Positions 21,274-33,900 of a DNA stretch of 64,000 bases are shown here, one piece after another. The stretch's first letter is position 1, and each line of letters starts with the position of its first letter. Where the stretch lies: assembly GCA_965224485.1 (NCBI GenBank), contig CBDCZH010000016.1, forward strand, positions 160,001-224,000, read 5' to 3'. This DNA is from Arcobacteraceae bacterium (GTDB lineage Bacteria > Campylobacterota > Campylobacteria > Campylobacterales > Arcobacteraceae). The position numbers and the translations under genes are program-made. The notes beneath the pieces were generated by a model. It did not search any database. It was not told where the DNA came from and saw only the letters and a program-made list of their open reading frames with translations.

Positions 21274-22746
21274 ATGCAAGAAGCACAAACAAAAACACAA
21301 AAATTCATAGTTAAGTTTTTTCCAGAAATTATGATAAAAGGCCCTAGTGCCAAAAAACAAATGTCAGCTCAATTATATGCAAACTTATTAAAGTTATTGC
21401 AAAAAATTTCACCAGATATTAACTTAAAAAAATTCTCTGATAAGATTGAAGTTGTCTGTCCAATAGATACTCTAACAGAAGTGAGAATTGTATTATTAAC
21501 TACTCCTGGAATTGAGCAAGTTTTAGAAGCACTGCAGTTTAATGATATGAATACTTTAGATGATATTAAAGTTAAAGTAAATGAAATGATGAGCTATAAA
21601 ATAAAAGATAAATCTTTTGTAGTACGAGCAAAACGTTCAGGAAGCCATGAATTTAAATCAACAAATATTGAGCAAACTGTTGGTGGATATATGTTAAGTA
21701 GAAACAAAGGCTCAAGAGTTGACTTACATAATCCTGATGTTAAAATTTCACTTGAACTTATAAATAATCAACTAAATATAATAACACTTAGACATAAGGC
21801 ACTGGGTGGTTTTCCCCTAGGAACTCAAGGTAGTATTTTATCACTTATGTCAGGTGGTTTTGATTCAACAGTAGCTTCATATCTAACTATGAAAAGAGGA
21901 CTTAAAACACATTTTGTTTTCTTTAATTTAGGTGGAATTGCTCATGAAATTGGAGTAAAACAAGTAGCACTTTTTTTATGGAATAAATTTGGTTCTTCTC
22001 ATCGTGTATCTTTTATATCTATTCCTTTTGATGATGTTTTAGAAGAAATATTTAGATCAACTGCTCCTTCATATATGGGTGTAACACTAAAAAGACTTAT
22101 GTTACAAGCTAGTTCAAAAATAGCAGACTCTATGGAAATAGATGCTTTATTAACAGGAGAAAGTGTTGCTCAAGTATCTTCACAAACGCTAAGAAACCTA
22201 GCTTTAATTGACCAAGCTTGTGATAAATTAGTTTTAAGACCACTTAGTACTATGAATAAACCAGAAATCATGGATATAGCTTCTGATATTGGAACAAAAC
22301 GTTTTGCAGAACAAATGCCTGAATATTGTGGAGTAATTTCAAAAAATCCTATTATTCATGGTTCTTTTAAAAGAATGAAAGAACAAAGCAAAAAGTTTGA
22401 TTACACAGTTTTAGATGAAGCTGTTTTAAATGCAAAAAGTATTTATGTAGATGAGATAGTAGATGATATTAAAAATATTGCCAAAATTGAAGTAATAAAC
22501 GATATTTCAAGTGGTGAATTTACAATCATTGATATAAGAGCTGATGATGTTTGTATAGAAACATCTTGCGAAACACTAAAAATTCCTTTTTTCAAACTTA
22601 AAAATGCTTTCAAAAAACTTCCACAAAATAAAGAATATTTATTATATTGTGAAAAAGGAATTATGAGTCAGTTACATGCTCAATATTTAAAAGATTCACA
22701 AGAGTGTAAAAATGTAAGAGTATATAGACCTTTAGAAGATAAATAA
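21274..22746 (+). CDS. thiI: tRNA 4-thiouridine synthase with C-terminal rhodanese-like domain
   Basis: THUMP domain, SGGFDS, PEYCG, LLYCEKG; start moved to the ATG at 21274. Confidence 0.96.
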   Translation: MQEAQTKTQKFIVKFFPEIMIKGPSAKKQMSAQLYANLLKLLQKISPDINLKKFSDKIEVVCPIDTLTEVRIVLLTTPGIEQVLEALQFNDMNTLDDIKVKVNEMMSYKIKDKSFVVRAKRSGSHEFKSTNIEQTVGGYMLSRNKGSRVDLHNPDVKISLELINNQLNIITLRHKALGGFPLGTQGSILSLMSGGFDSTVASYLTMKRGLKTHFVFFNLGGIAHEIGVKQVALFLWNKFGSSHRVSFISIPFDDVLEEIFRSTAPSYMGVTLKRLMLQASSKIADSMEIDALLTGESVAQVSSQTLRNLALIDQACDKLVLRPLSTMNKPEIMDIASDIGTKRFAEQMPEYCGVISKNPIIHGSFKRMKEQSKKFDYTVLDEAVLNAKSIYVDEIVDDIKNIAKIEVINDISSGEFTIIDIRADDVCIETSCETLKIPFFKLKNAFKKLPQNKEYLLYCEKGIMSQLHAQYLKDSQECKNVRVYRPLEDK

Positions 22747-22795
22747 GAAGCACTAAGCTCCTAAATTTAATCTTATGAAATACCTAGCAAAGAAT

Positions 22796-23269
22796 TTACT
22801 TAATTCTTTGCGCATGTGTTATAGCAATAGCAATAGCATCTGTAATATCTAAGGGTTTTATCTCTTTTTTTATTCCCAAAAGTCTTTTTACCATAAAAGC
22901 AACCTGCTCTTTTGTAGCTTTACCATTTCCTGTAACTGCTTTTTTTACTTGTAAGGGCGTATATTCGCTAAAATTTCCAAAAACTTGTAATACTTTTAAA
23001 GATATTGCTCCTCTAAATTGAGCTAATTTTATAACTGATTTTGGATTAAAAGCAAAAAACATATCTTCAATTGATACTTCATCAATCTCATGCTTAGAAA
23101 AAATCAAATCTAAACCTTCAGTCATTTCTAAAATTTGTTCTTGCAGAACTCTTGTTTTGATTTTTATAAGACCTGCTTCTATTAATTTTATATTACTTCT
23201 ATCTTTTTCAATAATTGCATATCCACAATTTATTGTTCCAGGATCTATACCTAAAATCTTTTTTTTCAA
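22796..23269 (-). CDS. ruvC: Holliday junction resolvase
   Basis: [27 protein letters not shown]. Confidence 0.98.
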   Translation of the reverse strand: MKKKILGIDPGTINCGYAIIEKDRSNIKLIEAGLIKIKTRVLQEQILEMTEGLDLIFSKHEIDEVSIEDMFFAFNPKSVIKLAQFRGAISLKVLQVFGNFSEYTPLQVKKAVTGNGKATKEQVAFMVKRLLGIKKEIKPLDITDAIAIAITHAQRIK

Positions 23270-23299
23270 AGCTATTTTCCTTAGTTTTTTATCATATTT

Positions 23300-23420
23300 T
23301 TTAAAACTTATTCACATATATTTATTTATTCACATATATTTATTCACATATTAAAAGTTCCATATAATCATACATTTTACATAAATATTCACTTAAATTC
23401 ACTAATCTTTTCACTATTAT
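23300..23420. promoter_or_regulatory. oriC1 DnaA-box cluster
   Basis: TTATTCACA at 23308, 23326 and 23340, plus degenerate TTCAC boxes, between ruvC and dnaA. Confidence 0.9.
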
Positions 23421-23505
23421 TTACAATTTTTATCTATGTAAATATAATCCTTATAAAATATTTGATATACTATTCTTTATTTATAATAAAAAGAGCTAAT
23501 AAGAT

Positions 23506-24822
23506 ATGACAACAAAAGAAATTCTATCAATTTTACAAAAAGAAGCTAATCCATCTGACTATAACAGATATTTAAAACAGCTTACGTATAAAAAAATATC
23601 ATCAGATAAAAATATTGCCGTATTTGAAGTTTCAAATAAATATATTGCTAATTGGATTAAAACAAAATATACAAATATCATACAACACTGCTTTGAAATT
23701 TATGATGGAAGCAAACCAAGTATTGAAATAAAACTTACTGGTGAGAAAAAAAGTAAAAAAGAGCTAATTTTAAACCAAATTAAAGCTCAAGCAATAGATA
23801 GTACTATGCTTAATCCATCTTACACTTTTGATTCTTTCGTAGTTGGAAGCTCAAATCAAATGGCGTATAACGCTTCAATAGCAGTTTCTAAAAAACCAGG
23901 AATACAGTATAACCCACTTTTTATATATGGTGGAACAGGTTTAGGTAAAACTCACTTACTTCAAGCAATAGGAAACTCTGCAATTGAGAGTGGTAAAACT
24001 GTAATTTATGTAACAATTGAACAATTTATGAATGATTTTACATTTTCTATTAAAAATAAAAATATGGATCATTTTAGAAGTAAATACAGACAGTGTGATG
24101 TTTTACTTATTGATGATATTCAATTTTTAAGTGGAAAAGAGCAAACTCAAGAAGAATTTTTCCATACATTTAATGAACTTCATAACGCAAAAAAACAAAT
24201 TGTTATGACGTCAGATAGACTTCCTTCTCAAATAGCTGGTTTAGTTGATAGATTGAAGTCTCGTTTTGAGTGGGGTTTAACAGCTGATGTTCAAATTCCA
24301 GGACTTGAAACAAAAATAGCTATTATTGAGAAAAAATCAGATTTAAATGGAATTGAATTATCAAGAGATGTAATAAACTTCATAGCTGCTAATTTAGATT
24401 CATCAATTAGAGAAATAGAAGGAGTATTAATTAGAATTAATGCCTCAGCTTCACTATTAAATCAAGAAATAAACCTTGAAATGGCTCAAAATATCTTAAA
24501 AGAACAGATAAAAGAGACAAAAGAGAATATTAAACTTCCAGATATTATCTCTATTGTAGCAAATGAGTTAAATATCAAACCAAGTGATATCAAATCTAAA
24601 AGAAGAACAGCAACGGTTGCAAATGCTAGAAGAGTAGTAATCTACCTTGCACGTGAGTTAACACATAATTCTATGCCAGATATTGCTAAGTTCTTAGGAA
24701 TGAAAGATCATAGTTCAATCTCTCATAATATTAAAAAAGCAAATGAACTAATACAAAAAGATGAAAATTTTAAGTTAATTATTGAGAATTTAAAGAATAA
24801 AATTATAAATAAGGACTGGTAA
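23506..24822 (+). CDS. dnaA: Chromosomal replication initiator
   Basis: YNPLFIYGGTGLGKTHLL, LLIDDIQF, domain IV. Confidence 0.99.
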   Translation: MTTKEILSILQKEANPSDYNRYLKQLTYKKISSDKNIAVFEVSNKYIANWIKTKYTNIIQHCFEIYDGSKPSIEIKLTGEKKSKKELILNQIKAQAIDSTMLNPSYTFDSFVVGSSNQMAYNASIAVSKKPGIQYNPLFIYGGTGLGKTHLLQAIGNSAIESGKTVIYVTIEQFMNDFTFSIKNKNMDHFRSKYRQCDVLLIDDIQFLSGKEQTQEEFFHTFNELHNAKKQIVMTSDRLPSQIAGLVDRLKSRFEWGLTADVQIPGLETKIAIIEKKSDLNGIELSRDVINFIAANLDSSIREIEGVLIRINASASLLNQEINLEMAQNILKEQIKETKENIKLPDIISIVANELNIKPSDIKSKRRTATVANARRVVIYLARELTHNSMPDIAKFLGMKDHSSISHNIKKANELIQKDENFKLIIENLKNKIINKDW

Positions 24823-24855
24823 ATTAAGTAGTTATATTATAAACTAATATAAATA

Positions 24856-24970
24856 TGTGAATAGATGTGAATAAAAACATAAAGTTATTCAACCTATCAA
24901 CAAATGATTACATCGAGCTTTGAACAATGTTTTCATCTATTCACATGTACTACTAATACCACTACTTAAA
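24856..24970. promoter_or_regulatory. oriC2: DnaA boxes and DnaA-trio-like unwinding region
   Basis: TGTGAATAG 24856, TGTGAATAA 24866, CTATTCACA 24937, followed by TACTACTAATACCACTACT trinucleotide run 24948-24966. Confidence 0.85.
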
Positions 24971-24993
24971 AGAAGAATATAAGGGGATAAAAA

Positions 24994-26064
24994 ATGAGAT
25001 TTATTATAAACAAAAGTATTTTCGAAAATGTAATATCATCAATGCAACCATTTTTAGAAAAAAAAGATTCTAGTTCAATAACATCGCATATATATTTAGA
25101 AGTACTAAACTCAAATTTAGTAATAAAAGCAACTGATTATGAAATAGGTTTATTATCACATATAAATGAAATCAATGAACCAATTGATGGAAAAGCAACA
25201 GTTAATGGTAATAATTTATTAGGAATAATAAAAAGATTAAAAGATACAGATATCATAATTGAAACTAATGATAATAATTTATTAATTAAACAAAATAAAT
25301 CTTCTTTTAAATTACCAATGTATGATGCAAATGAATATCCATCTTTTGTACAAAGTAATGATTTAAATAAATTAGATATTTCAACTATAAATTTAATTAA
25401 CTCAATTAGAAAAATTACACCAGCAATTGATAATAACAATCCAAAATTTGAATTAAATGGTGCTTTAATAGATATTAAAAATTCTAAAATAAATTTTGTT
25501 GCAACTGATACTAGAAGACTTGCTATTTCTTATTTAGAAAATATTTCAAATAAAGAAGGTCAGTTTATAATTCCTAAAAAAGCTATTATAGAAATACAAA
25601 AACTATTTTTAGATGAAGCTATAATTACTTATGATGATACTAATTTAATAATTTCAAATGATAAAATACAATTTTTTACAAAATTAATAAATGGTAAGTT
25701 TCCTGATTATGAAAGAATTATTCCAACTTCATTAAAAAACAATTTATCAATTCCAAAAAATGTATTAGTAGAATCTATTAAATTAGTAACTTCTTTATTC
25801 TCAAATATTAAAATCACATTTGCACCTACTTGTATTATCTTTGAAAGTTTAGATGAAGATAGTGAAGCTAAAACGCAAATTGATATTAATTTAAATATTG
25901 AAAATGAATTTCATTTAGCAGTAAATGCAAAATATTTATTAGATTTTTTAAGTTTAACACTAAATGAAAATGTAACAATAGGTTTTAACGAATCAAATTT
26001 ACCATTTTACTTAGAAGATGAAAAATTTTATACAATTGTAATGCCAATTGTATTAGACAAATAA
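24994..26064 (+). CDS. dnaN: DNA polymerase III beta clamp
   Basis: ATDYEI, VATDTRRL, GKFPDY, VMP; dnaA-dnaN-gyrB order. Confidence 0.99.
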   Translation: MRFIINKSIFENVISSMQPFLEKKDSSSITSHIYLEVLNSNLVIKATDYEIGLLSHINEINEPIDGKATVNGNNLLGIIKRLKDTDIIIETNDNNLLIKQNKSSFKLPMYDANEYPSFVQSNDLNKLDISTINLINSIRKITPAIDNNNPKFELNGALIDIKNSKINFVATDTRRLAISYLENISNKEGQFIIPKKAIIEIQKLFLDEAIITYDDTNLIISNDKIQFFTKLINGKFPDYERIIPTSLKNNLSIPKNVLVESIKLVTSLFSNIKITFAPTCIIFESLDEDSEAKTQIDINLNIENEFHLAVNAKYLLDFLSLTLNENVTIGFNESNLPFYLEDEKFYTIVMPIVLDK

Positions 26065-28395
<2,331 letters not shown>

Positions 28396-28397
28396 TC

Positions 28398-28517
28398 TAA
28401 AGCCATCTTTTAAATAATCTCTGCGTTGGAGATGAGTATTTTACTCAGTCACCTACTTTAGTAGGCTCCTTCGCAAAATCTAATCTCCGCCTTGACCTTA
28501 ATTAAAATATGATTTTA
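28398..28517. repeat. ERIC-like palindromic element, copy 1 (about 120 bp)
   Basis: Core AATCTCTGCGTTGG...TCACCTAC..GTAGGCTCC...CCGCCTTGACCTTAA shared with 56441-56527; imperfect terminal inverted arms. Confidence 0.85.
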
Positions 28518-28550
28518 TGTTAATATAAATAACTAAATAATAGGAAATCT

Positions 28551-29267
28551 ATGAATAATTGTTGGATGTGTGGAAATATTGCAAACTCAAAAGAACATAA
28601 AATAAAGAAATCTTTGTTAAAAAAAATATTTTCTGAAGATTTTGAAAATAAAAATATGATACATATTAAGTATGGTGTAGAAAGTAAATTGCCAGGACCA
28701 AATTCAGATAAGATAAAGTTTAAAAAAGTAATTTGTGAAAAATGTAATAATGACAAAACACAAAATCATGATAAAGCTTTTGATATATTCATTAATTATT
28801 TAATTGATAACACTAAATATATTAATAAAAAAAGAATGTTAAATTTTGAAAAAATATATGGTGATGATTTTGTTAAAGAACAGTTAAATCTTTATAAGTA
28901 TTTTGTAAAAATAATTGGTTGCGATTTAAGTGAGAATGATTTTAATGTTCCTTTTGATTTAAAAGATTTATTAGATAAAGATTTATTTAAAACAAAATTA
29001 AAAATTACTTTTTCAATAAATGAAATTATAATTAATTCATCATCTCCAAATAAATCATATTATGGAAATGGAGATTTAATTACTACAAATAAAAATAAAA
29101 ATAATAAAAATGAATTAAATGCAAAATATAGATTTGAAATTGATTTGTCATATTTAAGAGTAAACTTTTTTTATAATACAAATATATGTATTGGTTCAGA
29201 ATGGATTACAGATAAACAATATTTATATTTAGGCTCAAGTGTTAAAATGAATAATAGATATATTTAA
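28551..29267 (+). CDS. Hypothetical protein with HNH-like zinc finger
   Basis: CWMC...EH...CEKCNN pattern; RBS AGGA; extremely AT-rich. Confidence 0.75.
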   Translation: MNNCWMCGNIANSKEHKIKKSLLKKIFSEDFENKNMIHIKYGVESKLPGPNSDKIKFKKVICEKCNNDKTQNHDKAFDIFINYLIDNTKYINKKRMLNFEKIYGDDFVKEQLNLYKYFVKIIGCDLSENDFNVPFDLKDLLDKDLFKTKLKITFSINEIIINSSSPNKSYYGNGDLITTNKNKNNKNELNAKYRFEIDLSYLRVNFFYNTNICIGSEWITDKQYLYLGSSVKMNNRYI

Positions 29268-29385
29268 ATTAGAAATTAATATAGTTAATAAATTAATTTT
29301 CAAGAGATATTGAATAAAATTTCAAATGATGATAATATCATAGTAACAAATGAGCTTATGAAAAAGATTAGTGAGGTATTAAAAT

Positions 29386-30402
29386 ATGGCTAAAGATTTA
29401 ACAACATCAAATATAAGTAGACAAAATATTTTAAATAATGAATATGCTTTAGAAAAAGTTGAGTTACATTTAGCTTTAGGTGGATTAACTTGGCAAGATG
29501 AACGTATATTTACAAAAGCAAAAGTTGCTCAAATATTTCAAGTAGATATACGAACAGTCACAAGATATTTAGAACAAAATAAAGATGAGTTAGTTAAAAA
29601 TGGATATAAAGTTTTAAAAGGTCAAGAGTTTAAAGAATTTAAAGAGTATGTCTCGGACATGAATGTCGCAGACATGCTTAAAACACCGTCATTAGGGGTC
29701 TTTTCATTCAGAACTGTACTTAATCTTGCTATGTTAATAACAGAAAGTGAAAAAGCAAAGTCTATTAGAAATAAGATTTTGGATATTGTTTTAGATGTTA
29801 TGGCACAAAAATCTGGTGGAGAAACTAAATATATAAATCAAAGAGAAGATAACTACTTATTAGCTTCATATAAAGAATTTAGTTATAGACAAGAATTTAC
29901 AAATGCAATTGATTATTATTTAGAAAGTAATAACGAGTTTAAATATGCAACATATACAAATAAAATATATAAAATTGTATTTTTAGAAGATGCTAACGAA
30001 TATAAAAAAATACTTGAACTTAAGAAGAAAGATAATCTACGAGAAACACTATATTCTGAAATTTTAAATGTAATTGCAAGTGTTGAGAATGGAATAGCAG
30101 AAGATATGAAAAGTGAATCTAAAAAGTTAGGAAGAAAACTTACTTCAAAAGAATTAAATACTTTATTTGAAAATATAAAAAACAATCCATATCTAAAACC
30201 TATAATTGAAGATGCAAGAGTTAAAATGGCAAGTCGAGACTTTAGTTTTAGAGATGCTTTACATGATAAATTAGAGCGTTATATACAAACTGTACCAAAA
30301 AGTGATTTTGATAAATTTTTAGGTGAAACTAGTAAATCACTTGAAGAAAGACTTTCTGATCCAAAAACATTAGCAGTATTAAAACGTCTTAAAGATAGAT
30401 AA
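29386..30402 (+). CDS. Putative DNA-binding protein
   Basis: N-terminal HTH-like segment (KVAQIFQVDIRTVTRY); RBS GAGG; TAATG coupling to the Fic gene. Confidence 0.8.
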   Translation: MAKDLTTSNISRQNILNNEYALEKVELHLALGGLTWQDERIFTKAKVAQIFQVDIRTVTRYLEQNKDELVKNGYKVLKGQEFKEFKEYVSDMNVADMLKTPSLGVFSFRTVLNLAMLITESEKAKSIRNKILDIVLDVMAQKSGGETKYINQREDNYLLASYKEFSYRQEFTNAIDYYLESNNEFKYATYTNKIYKIVFLEDANEYKKILELKKKDNLRETLYSEILNVIASVENGIAEDMKSESKKLGRKLTSKELNTLFENIKNNPYLKPIIEDARVKMASRDFSFRDALHDKLERYIQTVPKSDFDKFLGETSKSLEERLSDPKTLAVLKRLKDR

Positions 30403-30842
30403 TGAATTCTCAATTATTTTATTTTGATATAAAACATGCAGTTGAAGTTCATGATTGGATTATTATCAATAGTGGTGGGCTAGAAGGGCAAAGGGAAATT
30501 AATCTATTATCTAGTGCATTAGAACATATTCAAAATGACTTATATTATCCTACTTTTGAAGAAAAACTAAAACACCTTATACTTGCAGTTAATAAATTTC
30601 ATCCATTTTCTGATGGGAATAAAAGATCAAGTTTAGTTTTAGGTGCTTATTTTTTGGAATTAAATGGTTATGATTATTGTATAAAAAGATTTATATTTGA
30701 AATGGAAAATATAGTTGTATGGTTAGCAGATGGTAAAATTAGCGATGATTTATTATTAAAGATTATTATAGAAATAATAGATAATAATGAATTTAATGAA
30801 TCATTAAAATTAGAAATACTTGAATCTATTTCAATTAAATGA
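30402..30842 (+). CDS. Fic/Doc family protein (death-on-curing type)
   Basis: HPFSDGNKR motif. Confidence 0.93.
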   Translation: MNSQLFYFDIKHAVEVHDWIIINSGGLEGQREINLLSSALEHIQNDLYYPTFEEKLKHLILAVNKFHPFSDGNKRSSLVLGAYFLELNGYDYCIKRFIFEMENIVVWLADGKISDDLLLKIIIEIIDNNEFNESLKLEILESISIK

Positions 30843-30960
30843 TTATGATTTAACTACTTTGTAATATATTTATTAAAATATGCACTTTAAAATTTCTTTT
30901 GAGTCTTTATTTACTAAGCTTAGATATTAAGTTATAATTACAAATTATAAAAGGAAAAAA

Positions 30961-31194
30961 TTGAAAAAAATATTACTTGTTTTACTTATCTCTTGTTCAT
31001 TTTTATTCTCAGCTACTTCTTCTTTAGAAAAAGCTTATGCTAAAGGTAAAAAAATTGCTTTAAAGATTGATAAAAGTGTAGCTGGAACTGTTCGAGTTCA
31101 GAAGTGTAAATATTTTGTATTATTTGATAAAACTATTAGTGCAAAAATGCGTAATGAAGCTTACCGTGGTTGTGAAGATGGAGTTAATAAATAA
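30961..31194 (+). CDS. Small exported hypothetical protein
   Basis: Signal peptide, two Cys in the mature part, RBS AAGGA. Confidence 0.75.
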   Translation: MKKILLVLLISCSFLFSATSSLEKAYAKGKKIALKIDKSVAGTVRVQKCKYFVLFDKTISAKMRNEAYRGCEDGVNK

Positions 31195-31305
31195 TTTATA
31201 TATTAATATATAATATTTTTATTTAAATATTAATTTTAAAATTTATAAACATCTAACCCTTCATATAATATAATCCAAAAATTAAAAATATAAAAAAAGA
31301 GAATT

Positions 31306-33042
31306 ATGATTGAATTAATCAATATATCAAAAAGTTATCCAACTGGAGAGCTTTACAACGACCTAAACTTACGTTTAAATCAAGGTGATAAAATTGGACT
31401 TGTTGGCCGTAATGGAACTGGAAAATCTACACTATTTAAACTTATTTTAGGTGAAGAGAATCAAGATCACGGTGAAATTAAATTTCCAAAAGCTTATACA
31501 ATAGGGACATTAAAACAATATTTTCAATTTGATGAAAAAACATTAATTGAAGAAACTGCGTCTGCTTTAAGTGAAGAGCATAAATATGATATCTATAAAG
31601 CTGAAAAGATTTTATTAGGTCTTGGATTTTCACTGGATGATTTTGATAAAGAACCAAATTCTTTTTCTGGTGGATTTCAAATTAGAATTAATCTTGCAAA
31701 ACTTCTATTAACTGAGCCAAATATGCTTTTATTAGATGAGCCTACAAATTACCTTGATATTTTATCAATTAGATGGTTAACAGCATTTTTAAAAACTTTT
31801 ACTGGTGAAGTAATTTTAATTACTCATGATAGAGATTTTATGGATAGTGTTTGTACTCATACTTTAGGAATTATTAGAAAAAGTGCTTTCATTATTGAAG
31901 GTGGAACTAAAAAGTTTTTTGAGCAAATTAAAGCAAATGATGAACATCATGAAAAACAAAAAATTGCACAAGTTAAAAAAATTAAAGAGCTTGAAGAATT
32001 TATTGCTAAAAATAAAGCAAGAGCTTCAACTTCAGCACTTGCACAATCAAAAGTTAAGATTTTAGATAAAATGGTAGTTTTAGATGATATAAATTATGAT
32101 TCTACTTTAGAATTTGATTTTAACTATAAAGCTACATCTGCTAAATTTTTACTAGAAGTTAAGGAGTTAAGCTTTGGTTATCCTGCTGCTGAAATTCTTT
32201 TCAAAAACATAACTTTTGCACTATCACGTGGTGAAACTATTGGAATAATAGGCAAAAATGGTAAAGGTAAATCAACGCTCTTAAATACAATTGCAGAAGA
32301 ATTAACAGCTCTTAGTGGAACTTCAACTTATCACCCAGCTTGTTCTTTTGGGCATTTTGGACAAACTAATATTAATCATCTTAATGAAAACAATACAGTA
32401 ATGGATGAAATTTATTCAGTCAATCATAGACTTGCAGAATCTAGAATTAGAAGTATTTGTGGACTTATGATGTTCTCAGGTGATAATGCTAAGAAAAAAA
32501 TATCACTTCTTTCAGGTGGTGAAAAATCTCGTGTAATGTTAGCAAAAATTATAGCAAAAGATGTAAATCTGTTGTTCCTTGATGAGCCTACAAATCACCT
32601 TGATATTGACTCAATTGCAGCACTTACAACTGCTATTAAATCTTTTGAAGGTTCTTGTATTATTGTAACTCATAGTGAAGAGTTATTAAGAGCAGTTTGT
32701 GATAGATTAATAATCTTTACAAATGATGGAGCTGACTATTATAATGGAACTTATGACCAGTTCTTAGATAATATTGGTTGGGATGACGATATAGTAGAAA
32801 CTAAGAAAAAAGTTGTAAAAGAAAAAAAAACCAAAAAAGAGATAAAAAAATTAAGAGCTGCAATAGTAACCCAAAAAGCAAAAGAAACAGGACCTATAAA
32901 AATACAAATAAAAGAAGTTGAAGACTCACTTATTTCTTTAAGTGGACATAAAAAATCTCAAATGAATTCTAAGTTATTAGATTTACAAGATGAACTTGAA
33001 AAAATAAATATAGAGTTTAAGAAAAAACTAGACGAAGTATAG
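31306..33042 (+). CDS. ABC-F family ATPase
   Basis: Two ATPase domains (GRNGTGKST, GKNGKGKST, LDEPTN twice), no TM helices. Confidence 0.96.
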   Translation: MIELINISKSYPTGELYNDLNLRLNQGDKIGLVGRNGTGKSTLFKLILGEENQDHGEIKFPKAYTIGTLKQYFQFDEKTLIEETASALSEEHKYDIYKAEKILLGLGFSLDDFDKEPNSFSGGFQIRINLAKLLLTEPNMLLLDEPTNYLDILSIRWLTAFLKTFTGEVILITHDRDFMDSVCTHTLGIIRKSAFIIEGGTKKFFEQIKANDEHHEKQKIAQVKKIKELEEFIAKNKARASTSALAQSKVKILDKMVVLDDINYDSTLEFDFNYKATSAKFLLEVKELSFGYPAAEILFKNITFALSRGETIGIIGKNGKGKSTLLNTIAEELTALSGTSTYHPACSFGHFGQTNINHLNENNTVMDEIYSVNHRLAESRIRSICGLMMFSGDNAKKKISLLSGGEKSRVMLAKIIAKDVNLLFLDEPTNHLDIDSIAALTTAIKSFEGSCIIVTHSEELLRAVCDRLIIFTNDGADYYNGTYDQFLDNIGWDDDIVETKKKVVKEKKTKKEIKKLRAAIVTQKAKETGPIKIQIKEVEDSLISLSGHKKSQMNSKLLDLQDELEKINIEFKKKLDEV

Positions 33043-33098
33043 TTTAAAGATACTATCTTAATCGTATATAAATTTATATATTAAATAAATATATCTTT

Positions 33099-33737
33099 TT
33101 AAGATATATTTATTAAAATTAAAAAAGCAATAAGTGCTAAAATAATTCCAGATATTTTCTCAATTTTATTAGAATATTTTTGCATAAAAATTTTTGCTTT
33201 TTTACTTGATAGAAGATTAACAATAAAAATATCCCAAAAAAGTACTGCTAAAAACATCCAAATAGCGTAAAAACTTTCAACTATAAAAGATGTATTTTCT
33301 TTTATTGCAATAGAAAATAAAGTAAAATAAAAAATTGAATTTTTTGGGTTTAAAATTGAGCTTAGAAAACCTTGATAAAAACTCTTCTTTAAAGAAATAT
33401 CTACCTTCCTTTCTATTTTAGAATTTTTACTAAAAATATCTCTTTTTTTAGTTCTTAATAAACTAAAAGCAATGTATACAAGATATAAAGCTCCTAAAAT
33501 TTTTATCAATATAAATATTTCTTGAAAAGATTTTATAAAAGATATTCCAAATAATGCTAATAATATATAAAATAAATTTCCAAATGATATACCAAAGGAA
33601 GTTGAAATTCCTGAAATCTTACCACCTTTACTTGTATTTGAAATTAGTATAAAAAAATCTGCTCCTGGACTTAAGAGTGCAACAAAATGAGCAAGTGCTA
33701 GGGGTATAAAAGCTAAAAATATTTCTGTGTAGTTCAT
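33099..33737 (-). CDS. LysE/RhtB family exporter
   Basis: SPGADF, GALYL, LNPK. Confidence 0.94.
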   Translation of the reverse strand: MNYTEIFLAFIPLALAHFVALLSPGADFFILISNTSKGGKISGISTSFGISFGNLFYILLALFGISFIKSFQEIFILIKILGALYLVYIAFSLLRTKKRDIFSKNSKIERKVDISLKKSFYQGFLSSILNPKNSIFYFTLFSIAIKENTSFIVESFYAIWMFLAVLFWDIFIVNLLSSKKAKIFMQKYSNKIEKISGIILALIAFLILINIS

Positions 33738-33900
33738 ATTATTCCTTGAAAATCAAATAATATAGTTTTTTTTAAATTAAGTCTTGTACAAAATTGATAT
33801 TTTAAATTTGAAATATTTAAGTAAATATTTCAAAGTGTAAGGTTTTTTTAAAATTTACATAAAAAATCATATAATCTTTTTATATTTAAAAGGAGTTAGT

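Noticed and set aside
28398..28517. Integron attC site
   Set aside because: No clear RYYYAAC/GTTRRRY ends, no integrase, and no repeat between successive cargo genes.
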